Shown here piece after piece: positions 51,901 through 60,564 of a DNA stretch of 62,305 bases. Both the position numbers and the translations under genes were made by a program. Position 1 is the first letter of the stretch; the number at the start of each line of letters is the position of its first letter. The stretch spans positions 1-62,305 of the forward strand of contig JBAUSV010000200.1 in the NCBI GenBank assembly GCA_049581885.1, read 5' to 3'. The notes beneath the pieces are model-generated. The model had not been told where the DNA came from and made no database searches. It was given only the letters and a program-made list of their open reading frames with translations. The DNA is from Gammaproteobacteria bacterium (GTDB taxonomy: Bacteria > Pseudomonadota > Gammaproteobacteria > JAKDMP01).

Positions 51901-52397
51901 AGCCGGTCCACATGGCCACCAACCGCTACGGCTGGACCTCGGTCAGCCCCACGGCCTTCTATGGCTACAAGGCGCTGGTCTTCAACCGGGGCTCGGCGTC
52001 CAACGGCGACATCTTCCCCTACATGTTCAAGACCGCACACCTGGGCCCGGTCATCGGTGATCGCAGCTGGGCCGGCGTGCGTGGCTATGACGGCCCGTTC
52101 ACGCTGCTGGACGGCGTCGATCAGATCGTTTCCGACAACGCGGTCTACTCGATGGATTCGAAGTGGGTGGTGGAAAACATTGGGGTGGAGCCGGACGTGA
52201 CCGTGCATGACGATCCTGGCCAGCTCAACCGGGGCTACGATGCCCAGCTGCAGACCGCCGTGAACATCCTGATGAAAAAAATCAAGGCTTCACCGCGGCA
52301 CCTGCCGCCGCCGCCGCCGTGGATGCCGGCGTTCCCGCCGCAACCGCATTATCCCAAGTGCACCGACAGCATGAACAGCAGCACCTGCGGCAACTGA
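48996..52397 (+). CDS. tricorn-protease-like S41 peptidase (beta-propellers plus PDZ plus C-terminal peptidase), secreted
   Basis: 1133 aa. Signal peptide. Has RYPTMHGNTVVFEAGGNLW, repeated SPNGK/SPDG propeller motifs, a PDZ-like segment and GSASNGDIF. Confidence 0.8.
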   Translation: MMRRLFLTLCACVAIAPAIKAAQHAAPTSISDGPIKVLIRYPTMHGNTVVFEAGGNLWKTTLSGGVATQLTSDSGFDMAPHFSPNGKWVAFTGWYEGNTDVYVIPAAGGPVKRLTYHSINEKIGHDKLRPIQDNIVLGWTQDSNNVVFLSRRSSFNPQVMHAFTVPVSGGLPKQLPLPWTGPLSFNARGTEVAYNKLTRVYRLYHRKHYFGGQAQDIWTYDFKTGKSHQITHWKGADVWPMWHDNTIYFTSDRGPHGVQNLWSYSFTKNHFSQLTHFDTYDVDSPTLGNDGIALSDGGDLYVYSFADQQLHKINVRVPLNGIAAQPHWFDAGKHISSASVAPNGKLAVFSGRGALFTVPAEHGSTETLTRDPAADERDPAWSPNGKQIAYILAKGSSDEIALRSATGGPPQLLTHDSKISYQGPLTWSPDGTWITYVNAARQLWLQNVKTSKRYKVATDRSTRYAFQDVAWSPGSDWIAFSRTLKDRKSGLFLYHVTDHSLHRISSGQFDDFSPAFSKDGKYLFFASNRLVNLTWGDDDLSSTANLDSSGLYAATLSKSTPSLLAPRQPKAAGTSPGKHMKDHGKSTSEHTGPLHIDLAGLMSRAVQLPVPAANINRVVAAKGVVYYTTRPNYVIGGHLTGLEPQLRAYDLKKRKDRTLDAGGQGLMLSADDSTLLFQSKGKWVLRPATFAKKAKTQTPDLSHLRRWVQPRAEWATSFGEAWRHVRDYFLNPELIESRWATIGERYRRLLPLAASRNDVTWLIANMMGTFGESHMYVRGGSPYHGRRSPATTTADLGAEFSLDAKSGRYKLSRIYRGDNTIPGYRAPLAQPGLKVSSGDYVLAINGQPLKAPMNPYALLNGTYGTTVSLRLSRHASGRDAWTIRVKPIANAMKLHLLAWIRHNRALVSKLSGGKIGYVYLNDFEPTGAHEFIRQYYSQMTKQGIIFDDRWNLGGASALEMTLFSRIARKPVHMATNRYGWTSVSPTAFYGYKALVFNRGSASNGDIFPYMFKTAHLGPVIGDRSWAGVRGYDGPFTLLDGVDQIVSDNAVYSMDSKWVVENIGVEPDVTVHDDPGQLNRGYDAQLQTAVNILMKKIKASPRHLPPPPPWMPAFPPQPHYPKCTDSMNSSTCGN

Positions 52398-52403
52398 TCC
52401 CTG

Positions 52404-52442
52404 TACGGGCCGGCGGAGGTTCAATACCTCTGCCGGCCCGTA
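52404..52442 (+). terminator. 16-bp GC-rich hairpin after the tricorn-like gene
   Basis: tacgggccggcggagg-ttcaata-cctctgccggcccgta, read directly, 7 nt after the stop. A second hairpin follows at 52475-52500 (gggctgtgggt-gtcc-acccacagccc). Confidence 0.7.
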
Positions 52443-52685
52443 TGGGGCGTTAACTATAGCGTGTACCGGTTATCGGGCTGTGGGTGTCCACCCACAGCCC
52501 ATCACGAATAGGTAGGCGCCTCGGCGGAAGGGCCTCTTGGCAGCGTGGTTCGTATTCGCTAGTCTACGGAAACCCGGGGCAGTTCAAATGTCTCGCGACC
52601 GAAAGGAGGGTTGGTCGTCATGCTAGATGTTTCCATTACGTTCGCTTACGATGTTAATTAATGTGGGCAATCAGGAAATATTCTC

Positions 52686-55652
52686 GTGAAATCAGCCAGG
52701 CGTATCGGATCGAGAGTGAGCGTATTGCTGGCCGTTATTGTGTCGGCGTTTCTTGTGTTGCCGGCCCTGGCCGGGACGAACTCTAACCTGTACGGAGGGA
52801 TGCGCTGGAGGCTCATCGGTCCCTTCCGCGGCGGGCGTGTATCGGCGGTCATCGGGGTGCCAGGCCAGCCCAATGTGTTCTATATGGACGCTGAGAATGG
52901 CGGGGTATGGAAATCGGACAACTACGGCTTGACCTGGGTATCGCTGTTCAAGGGAGACGAAAACGACTCACTGGGATCGCTTGCAGTGGCGCCTTCGGAT
53001 CCCGACATCATCTATGCCGGCTCGGGCGAAGCCACGATGCGGCCGGATTTGTCGATCGGGAACGGCCTCTACAAATCCACGGATGCCGGAAAGAACTGGC
53101 AACATCTTGGCCTGCGCAACGGCCAGCAGCTTGCCTCGATCGTGGTGGATCCGCACAATCCCAACCGGCTGTTTGTAGCCGTACTGGGCCACCCGTACGG
53201 ACCGAACAAACAACGCGGTGTCTTCCGTTCCACAGACGGCGGACACACGTTTCAGAAGGTGCTTTACAAGAACGAGAATACCGGTGCCGCGGAAGTTGCA
53301 CTGGATCCGTCCAACCCGAAAATTGTCTACGCCGTGCTGTGGGCGGCACGCAACGCGCCGATGGTGACCGGCCGTGTGCCTTTGTCCAAAGTCCCGGGTA
53401 GCGGTTTGTACAAATCCACCGATGGCGGCACTACGTGGCGGAAGATCGGCACGGGACTGCCGACCGTAGCCCAAGGCCTTGGACGGATCAGGATCGCTAT
53501 TGCCCCCAGCGATCCCAACCGCATTTACGCCAGCGTTTATCAAGGGATTTATCGTTCCGACGATGCCGGTTTGACCTTCCACAGCGTCAGCCATGACCGG
53601 CGCACCGCCCGTGGTTTCCTAACGGTTGCGCCTGACGATCCAAACGAACTCTATGTCAGCCAGACTGCCTTGTACCGTTCCATGGACGGCGGCAATACCT
53701 TTACCGCGATCAGGGGTGCCCCCGGCGGGAATGACTACCACCACGTCTGGATTGACCCCGTCAATCCCAAGGTCATGGCCGTAGGCGTCGACCAGGGTGC
53801 CACGGTGAGTGTCGACGGAGGTAAAACGTGGAGTTCCTGGTACAACCAGCCCACCGCCCAGGCATACCATGTCATCACCAATAATCAATTCCCCTACCGT
53901 GTCTTCAGCTCACAGCAGGACAGCGGCTCGTTTGGCATCCTGAGCCGAAGCAACGACGGTCAAATAACCTTCCGTGATTGGCATCCGGTCGGCTCGGACG
54001 AAGACGGCTATATCGCGCCTGACCCACTGCACCCGAACATTATTTATTCCAGTCATGTTGTTCGCTATAACTGGGTTACGGGAGAGAGTCAGTTTGTTGG
54101 CCCCCAGGTCAAACGCTTCAATGGGAAGTACCGCTTCAGTCCTTATTGTCCTATACTGTTCTCCCCGGTGGACCCGCATGTGCTTTATCTCGGCGGAAAC
54201 GTTCTATTCAAAACCACTAACGGCGGCCATAGCTGGCAGGTTATAAGCCCCGATCTCTCTCGTGCAAACCTTAATGCACCGAGTAACCTCGGCCCGTTCG
54301 GCGCCCATATGAAGACGCTCCATCATCGCGGCGTGATCTATAGCATCGGTCCCTCTTTCAAGAACGTGAACACGATCTGGATCGGGACCAACGACGGCCT
54401 TATCTGGGTCACCCATGATGACGGCAAGCGCTGGAACAACGTGACGCCTCCCGGCATGCCCCCTTGGAGCAAGGTGACGCAGCTCGTCGCCTCTCACTTC
54501 GACGATCAGACGGCCTACGCCTCTATCAGTCGTTTCGGTCTCAACGATCTCAAGCCTTACATCTACCGGACTCACGACGGCGGCAAGACGTGGAAACTGA
54601 TCGTGAACGGGCTGCCGGACATGGCGCCGGTGAACGTAGTCCGAGAGGACCCTGTGCGCAAGGGACTGCTATTTGCCGGCACCGAACGTGCCGTATGGTT
54701 TTCCACGGACGACGGGGACCACTGGCAATCTCTGCAACTGAACCTGCCCGTGACCTCGATGCGCGATCTAGTCGTTCACGATAACGATCTGGTGCTCGCG
54801 ACCCACGGCCGTTCCGACTGGATACTCGACGACATCACGCCGCTACGCCAGCTCGCGGCGGCGTCAGCCGCTGATCAAGCGTTCCTCTACAAACCCGAGG
54901 CCGCCTACCAGATACCGCGTGACACCTACACCGACACGCAGCTTCCACCGGAGTTTCCGGCCGGCCAGAACCCGCCCAGCGGCGCCATCATTGATTACTA
55001 CCTGAAATCCGCCGCAAGGGGACCGGTGACGCTCGAGATCCTGAACTCCGATGGCAAGCTCGTGCGCCGCTATTCTTCAATGGACAAGCTCACATCGATG
55101 AATCCCGACAAGCTGAACTTTCCGACCTACTGGCTGCGTTCGCCCCGCGTGCTTTCCGCAAAGGCCGGCATGCACCGGTTCGCCTGGAACCTACACTATC
55201 CAAACCCGCACGTTCTGGACCCGACCGCCTCAATCTCGGTGATCCTGCACAACTCTCCCATCGGACCGCTGGGACCGACGGCACTGCCTGGACATTACAC
55301 CGTCAAGCTCACCGTGAACGGGCACACCTACACCCGAGCGCTTACGGTGCGCATGGACCCGCGGGTAAAGAAGCCCATGGCCGGGCTCAAGGAACAGTTC
55401 ACACTGGCCATGCAGCTTGCGGGCGACATGAACCGGACCTATGCGGCGTTGCAGAGAGCAAAGGCCAAGGGCGAGAAGAAACCCGCCTTGCTGAAACTGA
55501 ATGTCGAACTCGTGCATCAGTACAACTCCCTTTACGGCGCTTCTTACGGTGGCGCCGACGGCAATTCATCGACGATGGCAACGCCCACGACGCAACAAGT
55601 ATCCAATATTACGGATCTACATCGTCGGGTTGTCGCCATGCTGAAGGATTGA
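52686..55652 (+). CDS. secreted BNR/Asp-box repeat beta-propeller protein (sortilin/VPS10- or GH74-like)
   Basis: 988 aa. Signal peptide. Many S/T-x-D-x-G-x-T-W repeats (KSTDAGKNW, RSTDGGHTF, KSTDGGTTW, RSMDGGNTF, SVDGGKTW, TTNGGHSW, THDDGKRW, THDGGKTW, STDDGDHW). GTG start. Confidence 0.75.
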   Translation: MKSARRIGSRVSVLLAVIVSAFLVLPALAGTNSNLYGGMRWRLIGPFRGGRVSAVIGVPGQPNVFYMDAENGGVWKSDNYGLTWVSLFKGDENDSLGSLAVAPSDPDIIYAGSGEATMRPDLSIGNGLYKSTDAGKNWQHLGLRNGQQLASIVVDPHNPNRLFVAVLGHPYGPNKQRGVFRSTDGGHTFQKVLYKNENTGAAEVALDPSNPKIVYAVLWAARNAPMVTGRVPLSKVPGSGLYKSTDGGTTWRKIGTGLPTVAQGLGRIRIAIAPSDPNRIYASVYQGIYRSDDAGLTFHSVSHDRRTARGFLTVAPDDPNELYVSQTALYRSMDGGNTFTAIRGAPGGNDYHHVWIDPVNPKVMAVGVDQGATVSVDGGKTWSSWYNQPTAQAYHVITNNQFPYRVFSSQQDSGSFGILSRSNDGQITFRDWHPVGSDEDGYIAPDPLHPNIIYSSHVVRYNWVTGESQFVGPQVKRFNGKYRFSPYCPILFSPVDPHVLYLGGNVLFKTTNGGHSWQVISPDLSRANLNAPSNLGPFGAHMKTLHHRGVIYSIGPSFKNVNTIWIGTNDGLIWVTHDDGKRWNNVTPPGMPPWSKVTQLVASHFDDQTAYASISRFGLNDLKPYIYRTHDGGKTWKLIVNGLPDMAPVNVVREDPVRKGLLFAGTERAVWFSTDDGDHWQSLQLNLPVTSMRDLVVHDNDLVLATHGRSDWILDDITPLRQLAAASAADQAFLYKPEAAYQIPRDTYTDTQLPPEFPAGQNPPSGAIIDYYLKSAARGPVTLEILNSDGKLVRRYSSMDKLTSMNPDKLNFPTYWLRSPRVLSAKAGMHRFAWNLHYPNPHVLDPTASISVILHNSPIGPLGPTALPGHYTVKLTVNGHTYTRALTVRMDPRVKKPMAGLKEQFTLAMQLAGDMNRTYAALQRAKAKGEKKPALLKLNVELVHQYNSLYGASYGGADGNSSTMATPTTQQVSNITDLHRRVVAMLKD

Positions 55653-55963
55653 TGGGGCAGCGTCCGATCTGTCCCCATAGCCACCGGGAGACGGCTCTGC
55701 GATTTGTCCGAGGTCGGCAAGCGCTTAATGACGGGAATGGGGCTCGGGAGTGGAAGACCGGCTGTGGCCAATTCTAGACTTGGCAACTATCAGCCCATTC
55801 CTGTCGTCGGTTTCTGGTTGGAAATTTGATTCCGAAAACCTTGGAGCGAGCTTAGGCGTGAGGCAAGATAGTGACCACCTGACCGGGGGCACTCCAATTC
55901 CGATATTGAATGCCCACAATCGATCATACTTGTTATCCTTGATTTTTAAGGAGCGGGTGGTTC

Positions 55964-56668
55964 ATGAAGAGAAATGTTTTCATTACCGGCATATCGAGCG
56001 GATTGGGCCGCGGGTTTGCCCTAGAGTACCTGGAACGGGGCGATACGGTTTATGGGTTGAGCCGGCGCGGTGCCGGATTCGAGCACGAACACCTGCACGA
56101 AACCAGGGCGGACCTGGCCGATCTCGACGCCATCCCCGGCGTCCTCGATCATCTGATCGGCGATGCCCGGATCGACCTGGCCATCCTCAACGCCGGCCTG
56201 CTAGGTGAATTCAAGCCGATGCCCGAGATCGGCCTCGGCGAGCTGCGCCGCGCCATGGACGTCAACGTCTGGGCGAACAAAGTCATTCTCGACTGGTTCG
56301 CCGCGCATCATGCGCCGCGCCAAGCCGTGCTGATCTCCTCGGGCGCCGCCGTGACCGGCCACGAGGGCTGGGGATCTTATGCGCTGTCCAAGGCGGCGCT
56401 CAACATGCTCGCCCAGCTCTATGCCCACGACCTGCCGGATACGCATGTAGCCGCGTTCGCCCCCGGTCTGATCCACACGGCCATGCAGGATCACATCTAC
56501 GAGAAAGTCGACGAGAAGCGCTTCCCCTCCGTGAAGCGCCTCAAGGAAGCGCGCAACACGACCGCAATGCCCGAACCGGTCGAGGCGTCGCGACTGATCG
56601 CCGATGCTATCGAAAAGCTGCCCGAGCGCATAGACAGCGGCCAGTTCACCGACATCCGCCAGTTCTGA
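55964..56668 (+). CDS. short-chain dehydrogenase/reductase (SDR)
   Basis: ITGISSGLGRG cofactor motif and YALSKAAL catalytic Y-x3-K. Confidence 0.85.
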   Translation: MKRNVFITGISSGLGRGFALEYLERGDTVYGLSRRGAGFEHEHLHETRADLADLDAIPGVLDHLIGDARIDLAILNAGLLGEFKPMPEIGLGELRRAMDVNVWANKVILDWFAAHHAPRQAVLISSGAAVTGHEGWGSYALSKAALNMLAQLYAHDLPDTHVAAFAPGLIHTAMQDHIYEKVDEKRFPSVKRLKEARNTTAMPEPVEASRLIADAIEKLPERIDSGQFTDIRQF

Positions 56669-56683
56669 GCGGCTATATACCCC

Positions 56684-57820
56684 ATGCTCTGGCTGTCACT
56701 GGGTGTCCTGCTAGTCTGGCTGGCCGCCGGGGCCGAGATGATCAACGGCAACCGCAAGCTCCGTCGACTGGATCGCTTTCCCCCGGCCACCGACGCGCCC
56801 GGCTTGCCCACGTTCACCATCATCGTGCCGGCACGCAACGAGGCCGATACTCTGGACCCGGCGATGCGATCGCTGCTGGCGCTCGATTACCCGGCCTTCG
56901 ACATCGTGGCGGTCGACGACCGCTCGGAAGACGGCACGGGCCGTCTGCTGGACGGCTTCGACGATCCGCGGCTGACCGTATTGCACGTCAGCGAATTGCC
57001 GGCGGGTTGGCTCGGCAAGAACCACGCCCTGCATCTGGGTGCCCGACAAGCGACCGGTGACTGGCTGCTGTTCACAGATGCCGATGTGGTCTTTGCGTCG
57101 GACACCTTGCGTCGAGCAGCCACGGCGCTCGCGCAAACCGGCACCGATCACGTGACCGCGATACCGCGGCTGACGGGCGCCTCGCCCGCGCTGAAGGTGG
57201 CACTGCCCGTCTTTTCGCTGTGTTTCGCGCTGGCGCAGCGTCCCTGGCGGGCCGCCGATCCGAAGAGCCGCGCCTATGTCGGCATCGGCGCCTTCAACCT
57301 GGTACGCAAGACGGCCTACTCGGCGATCGGCGGACACAAGAAATTCGCCGACGCGCCACACGACGACCTGGCTCTGGGCCGGGCAATGAAAAGCGCCGGC
57401 TTCCGTCAGCTTTGCCTGATAGCGAGCCGAACGCTGTCGGTCCAGTGGTACCGGACACTGCCCCAGTTCGTCCATGGTCTGGAAAAAGGTACTTTCGCCT
57501 ATTTCAATTACCGGCTGACGCTCGTGTTCCTGGTCACTCTGGAACTCCTGGGCTTCTTCCTGTGGCCGATCGCCGGCCTGTTCCTGCTGCACGGCACGGC
57601 CCTGGCTCTGGACGGCGGCGCCACGGGCGTGATGCTCGCGCTCGGCGCCCTGGGCGCGCATCGACTGCGTTTTTGTCCGCTCTACGGCTTCGCCTACCCT
57701 CTGGGCGCGATGGTCATGGTGGTGGTGTTATGGAACGCCGCCATCCGAATCCGCCTTCGCGGCGGCCTGGAATGGCGCGGCACCTTCTACCCGCTCGATA
57801 AGAGCCGGGGGTCGCTCTAA
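56684..57820 (+). CDS. membrane-bound family 2 glycosyltransferase (CrtQ/HpnI-like architecture)
   Basis: N-terminal TM, TIIVPARNE, VAVDDRSEDGT, FTDADV, C-terminal TM helices, ends in LEWRGTFYPL. Starts 15 nt after the SDR gene. Confidence 0.8.
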   Translation: MLWLSLGVLLVWLAAGAEMINGNRKLRRLDRFPPATDAPGLPTFTIIVPARNEADTLDPAMRSLLALDYPAFDIVAVDDRSEDGTGRLLDGFDDPRLTVLHVSELPAGWLGKNHALHLGARQATGDWLLFTDADVVFASDTLRRAATALAQTGTDHVTAIPRLTGASPALKVALPVFSLCFALAQRPWRAADPKSRAYVGIGAFNLVRKTAYSAIGGHKKFADAPHDDLALGRAMKSAGFRQLCLIASRTLSVQWYRTLPQFVHGLEKGTFAYFNYRLTLVFLVTLELLGFFLWPIAGLFLLHGTALALDGGATGVMLALGALGAHRLRFCPLYGFAYPLGAMVMVVVLWNAAIRIRLRGGLEWRGTFYPLDKSRGSL

Positions 57821-58030
57821 AAATCAGGGTATCCGGATTATCTGGTTGGATTTGCTCTGTCTGACACCACGAGAGCATTTGAACGCTTTGGTTGGAAAGA
57901 GTCTTGAATGACAGCCTTCGGGGCGTTGACTCACCGCCCTAGTTCGGCCAGAAACGGACGTTCGCAACCCGTCTCGATAGCGGACATTCGAAGATATTTT
58001 CATTGATAGAAATTTCATAAAAACGGTGCG

Positions 58031-58813
58031 TCAGCGCTTCCTACGCCAGCTCAATATCTTTTTCTCAACGAACGCATCCACTTGTGGGATTAGAGCAAGG
58101 TTTGGCGGATAAATGGGGTACTCAACATAATACGGGAAACTCGGATCGACTAGGGTTCGGTTGCAGGTGAATAACATCTTGGGACCACTCTCCGGCGTGT
58201 CATAACAATCCGCGACTTCCCAGGTGAGCGGCTTGATAGGAGGGCGGTTATCAGTCGTTCTTAAATCAAAACTAACCAATTCCCACGACCCAGTGGGCGT
58301 TTCCGTCCCTGGAAATACTGGTTCGACTTTGTAGTAAGGGAGGTTAGCAATCTTCGTGACGGATGCATGGGTGTAGTCACCATCCACGCTGGTCCCGTGC
58401 AAGTGGTACAAGACACGATCGAAGGGCCAGATCATCTCCTCGTGAGCCAATTTAGCCGGCTTAATTGATACCACGAGGCCCATGTTGTAGGTATACGGGA
58501 AAGGACGAGTTTCATGAACGTGGGCCTGGAACCCAGGTATGGCTCTCGCCACAGAATTCGCGGAAATATCGAAGATTGCGCTCGGCACTGTCTCAACATC
58601 TGTCCTTGGCAACCGTTGGAATAAACGCGCCCATGGCCCTGGCGGTGTATGCCCGGGAGAAAAATCTCTTCCAAAAACAGGATGCGCCTCTTCGGGGATG
58701 CAGAGACCTTCCCAAACACGGCATGACTGCAAAAGATCCCCACTAGGCCGCAATTCCAAGAGGATAATCCCCGCAGTTAGCGCCAAAACGGAACTCAGAA
58801 TAAGATACTTCAC
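58031..58813 (-). CDS. hypothetical exported or membrane-anchored protein
   Basis: 260 aa. N-terminal hydrophobic segment MKYLILSSVLALTAGIILL. No recognisable motif. AT-richer region. Confidence 0.5.
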   Translation of the reverse strand: MKYLILSSVLALTAGIILLELRPSGDLLQSCRVWEGLCIPEEAHPVFGRDFSPGHTPPGPWARLFQRLPRTDVETVPSAIFDISANSVARAIPGFQAHVHETRPFPYTYNMGLVVSIKPAKLAHEEMIWPFDRVLYHLHGTSVDGDYTHASVTKIANLPYYKVEPVFPGTETPTGSWELVSFDLRTTDNRPPIKPLTWEVADCYDTPESGPKMLFTCNRTLVDPSFPYYVEYPIYPPNLALIPQVDAFVEKKILSWRRKR

Positions 58814-59028
58814 TATGCACTTCCCCGCGCGCGTTGCTCGACTTTTGTCGGCTTTGTGCTGTATTGCAACTATCGGTCCTTAGGCGATCTTAACGCGACT
58901 GACGACTAACCGTTGAGGGGCAACCTGAGAGTCCGGATTGCGTCCCTTATCACGAAGGGTAACTTCCGGCCAATTAAAGACATTCCAGACTTTCCTCCTA
59001 AACGGTCATTCATACATATTGCATGATG

Positions 59029-60324
59029 TCACGCGCCCCCCGTGGGATGGGGGATTTTGAACCCGACCTGCTGATAGACATTACACATCCTGTGGCCGCG
59101 GCGAGCGAAGCGCCAACCCGCGACCACCTCGAGAGCTGCATGGTTTAAGATTTTCGCAGGCTTGGCGCTCACCACATGTGCCATGACCGGGCTTCCGCCA
59201 GGGGTAATGCAGAACTCCACTTCAATCCTTGCCTTATCAGGCAAATTTTCGCCAGTCGGTACAACTAACTTCTGATGTGGACTATGGGAGGCAATGATAG
59301 GCGGCATATTGGATTCGCCTGAGAGCTGGCCAGACGACGTGCGTTTGATCAAGCCGATAGTCCGACCCTGCGGTTTAGCTAACAGACGAACTTTGACTCT
59401 CAGGCCACAAGCCCATATCGGAATTCCGGCCTTTCTCACTTTATTCTCGGTCGGGATTATGCGATCGAAAACGCTCTCGTCACCCGCTGTCGATCCAGTC
59501 ACTTCTATCGTTGCCAAATGCTGCGGTTGGCTAGCTGACTTCGGATCTCTTACCGATACGGTCGGCAACGCATCAAGCGCAGCGAGTGCAACCGCCCGCC
59601 CATCCAGTGTGCCTCCCTTCATAACGACGTTGGCTATACGTTTCTGTGGATCAACGCAGAATCGCGCCTGGATGTTCTCGACCCCTTGCCAGGATTTTGC
59701 ATTGTGCATGGTAAGAGGGATGCTGACGCTGGTCCCCGTGACGGTCCCAGCTCTTGTTTTATGCGCGGCTTCATCGGTCGTTTCGGACAAGCCCGGTTGC
59801 GGCGCAGAATCCGACAGAATGGATATTGGTCCCGGGGTTAGTAGATACGGCTGTCTGCAGACCAGGTGGAGCGCCATATCGCTGCTCACGGTTCCCGGCG
59901 GGATCCTTATAAATATCATTTTCTGAAGGATCTTCGGTGTTGAGCTAACGTCTCCAGCTTTAGGCTGCGCCGCGAAGCGCCACCCCTCCATTGCGTGGCG
60001 CATGGCGCTGACGTATCCATACTTCTGGACGTGGCGGATCGTCGGATACGCCCCTACGATTTTGAGGCTTGCCACTCGTCCCGATGTAGTCAGCGTGAAC
60101 TGGGTGGACACGCAAACACCTTTATCTTTCCTGACTTCTGCCACTAGCGGATAGATTGGCGCGATTCTAACCAGGGGTTTAACACTGCCATCAGCGCCAC
60201 CAGAAGCTGGTGTATTGCCGGTGCGAGGCGAAGTACATGCGCTTGTTGCGAAAACAATTGCGAGTAAAAGGGCGAGGTTTCGTCTGTGCTTACCTGCCCA
60301 CTGGTATTTGAGCGCAATACGCAT
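59029..60324 (-). CDS. putative lipoprotein with three TonB C-terminal-like domains
   Basis: Signal plus Cys (LALLLAIVFATSAC). Three segments fit the TonB_C pattern: IAPIYPLVA...GVCVSTQFTLTTSGRV...AMRHAMEGWRFAA; ENIQARFCVDPQKRIANVVM...ALAALDAL; ARIEVEFCITPGGSPVMAHVV...NHAALEVVAGWRFA. No Pro-rich spacer or N-terminal TonB anchor. Confidence 0.55.
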   Translation of the reverse strand: MRIALKYQWAGKHRRNLALLLAIVFATSACTSPRTGNTPASGGADGSVKPLVRIAPIYPLVAEVRKDKGVCVSTQFTLTTSGRVASLKIVGAYPTIRHVQKYGYVSAMRHAMEGWRFAAQPKAGDVSSTPKILQKMIFIRIPPGTVSSDMALHLVCRQPYLLTPGPISILSDSAPQPGLSETTDEAAHKTRAGTVTGTSVSIPLTMHNAKSWQGVENIQARFCVDPQKRIANVVMKGGTLDGRAVALAALDALPTVSVRDPKSASQPQHLATIEVTGSTAGDESVFDRIIPTENKVRKAGIPIWACGLRVKVRLLAKPQGRTIGLIKRTSSGQLSGESNMPPIIASHSPHQKLVVPTGENLPDKARIEVEFCITPGGSPVMAHVVSAKPAKILNHAALEVVAGWRFARRGHRMCNVYQQVGFKIPHPTGGA

Positions 60325-60564
60325 CTTTGCTCTCCTATCCCGTGCATATTCCGCACGCTACTTAACTGGCAACCAACGCGAAGAAATCTCCGGCGTTCTT
60401 GCTATGCACATGTCCAGTCTTTTGGTTCAAGATAACTCAGTACAGCATCATCGTCTACGTCTGCCTTTAAGGAAGGCTACGTGTGGCCTTATTCGGCCAA
60501 TTTCAGCCATTCAAATAATACGCTCAAAGTGGTCATAAGCCAGTCAAACAGATCCGAAACCGTC

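Noticed and set aside
52620-52661. 13-codon ORF (MLDVSITFAYDVN) with an upstream AAGGAGG before the BNR-repeat gene
   Set aside because: The Shine-Dalgarno-like sequence is attractive. However, the peptide is very short, there is no obvious attenuator pairing with it, and there is no way to test conservation here. Kept only as a note.
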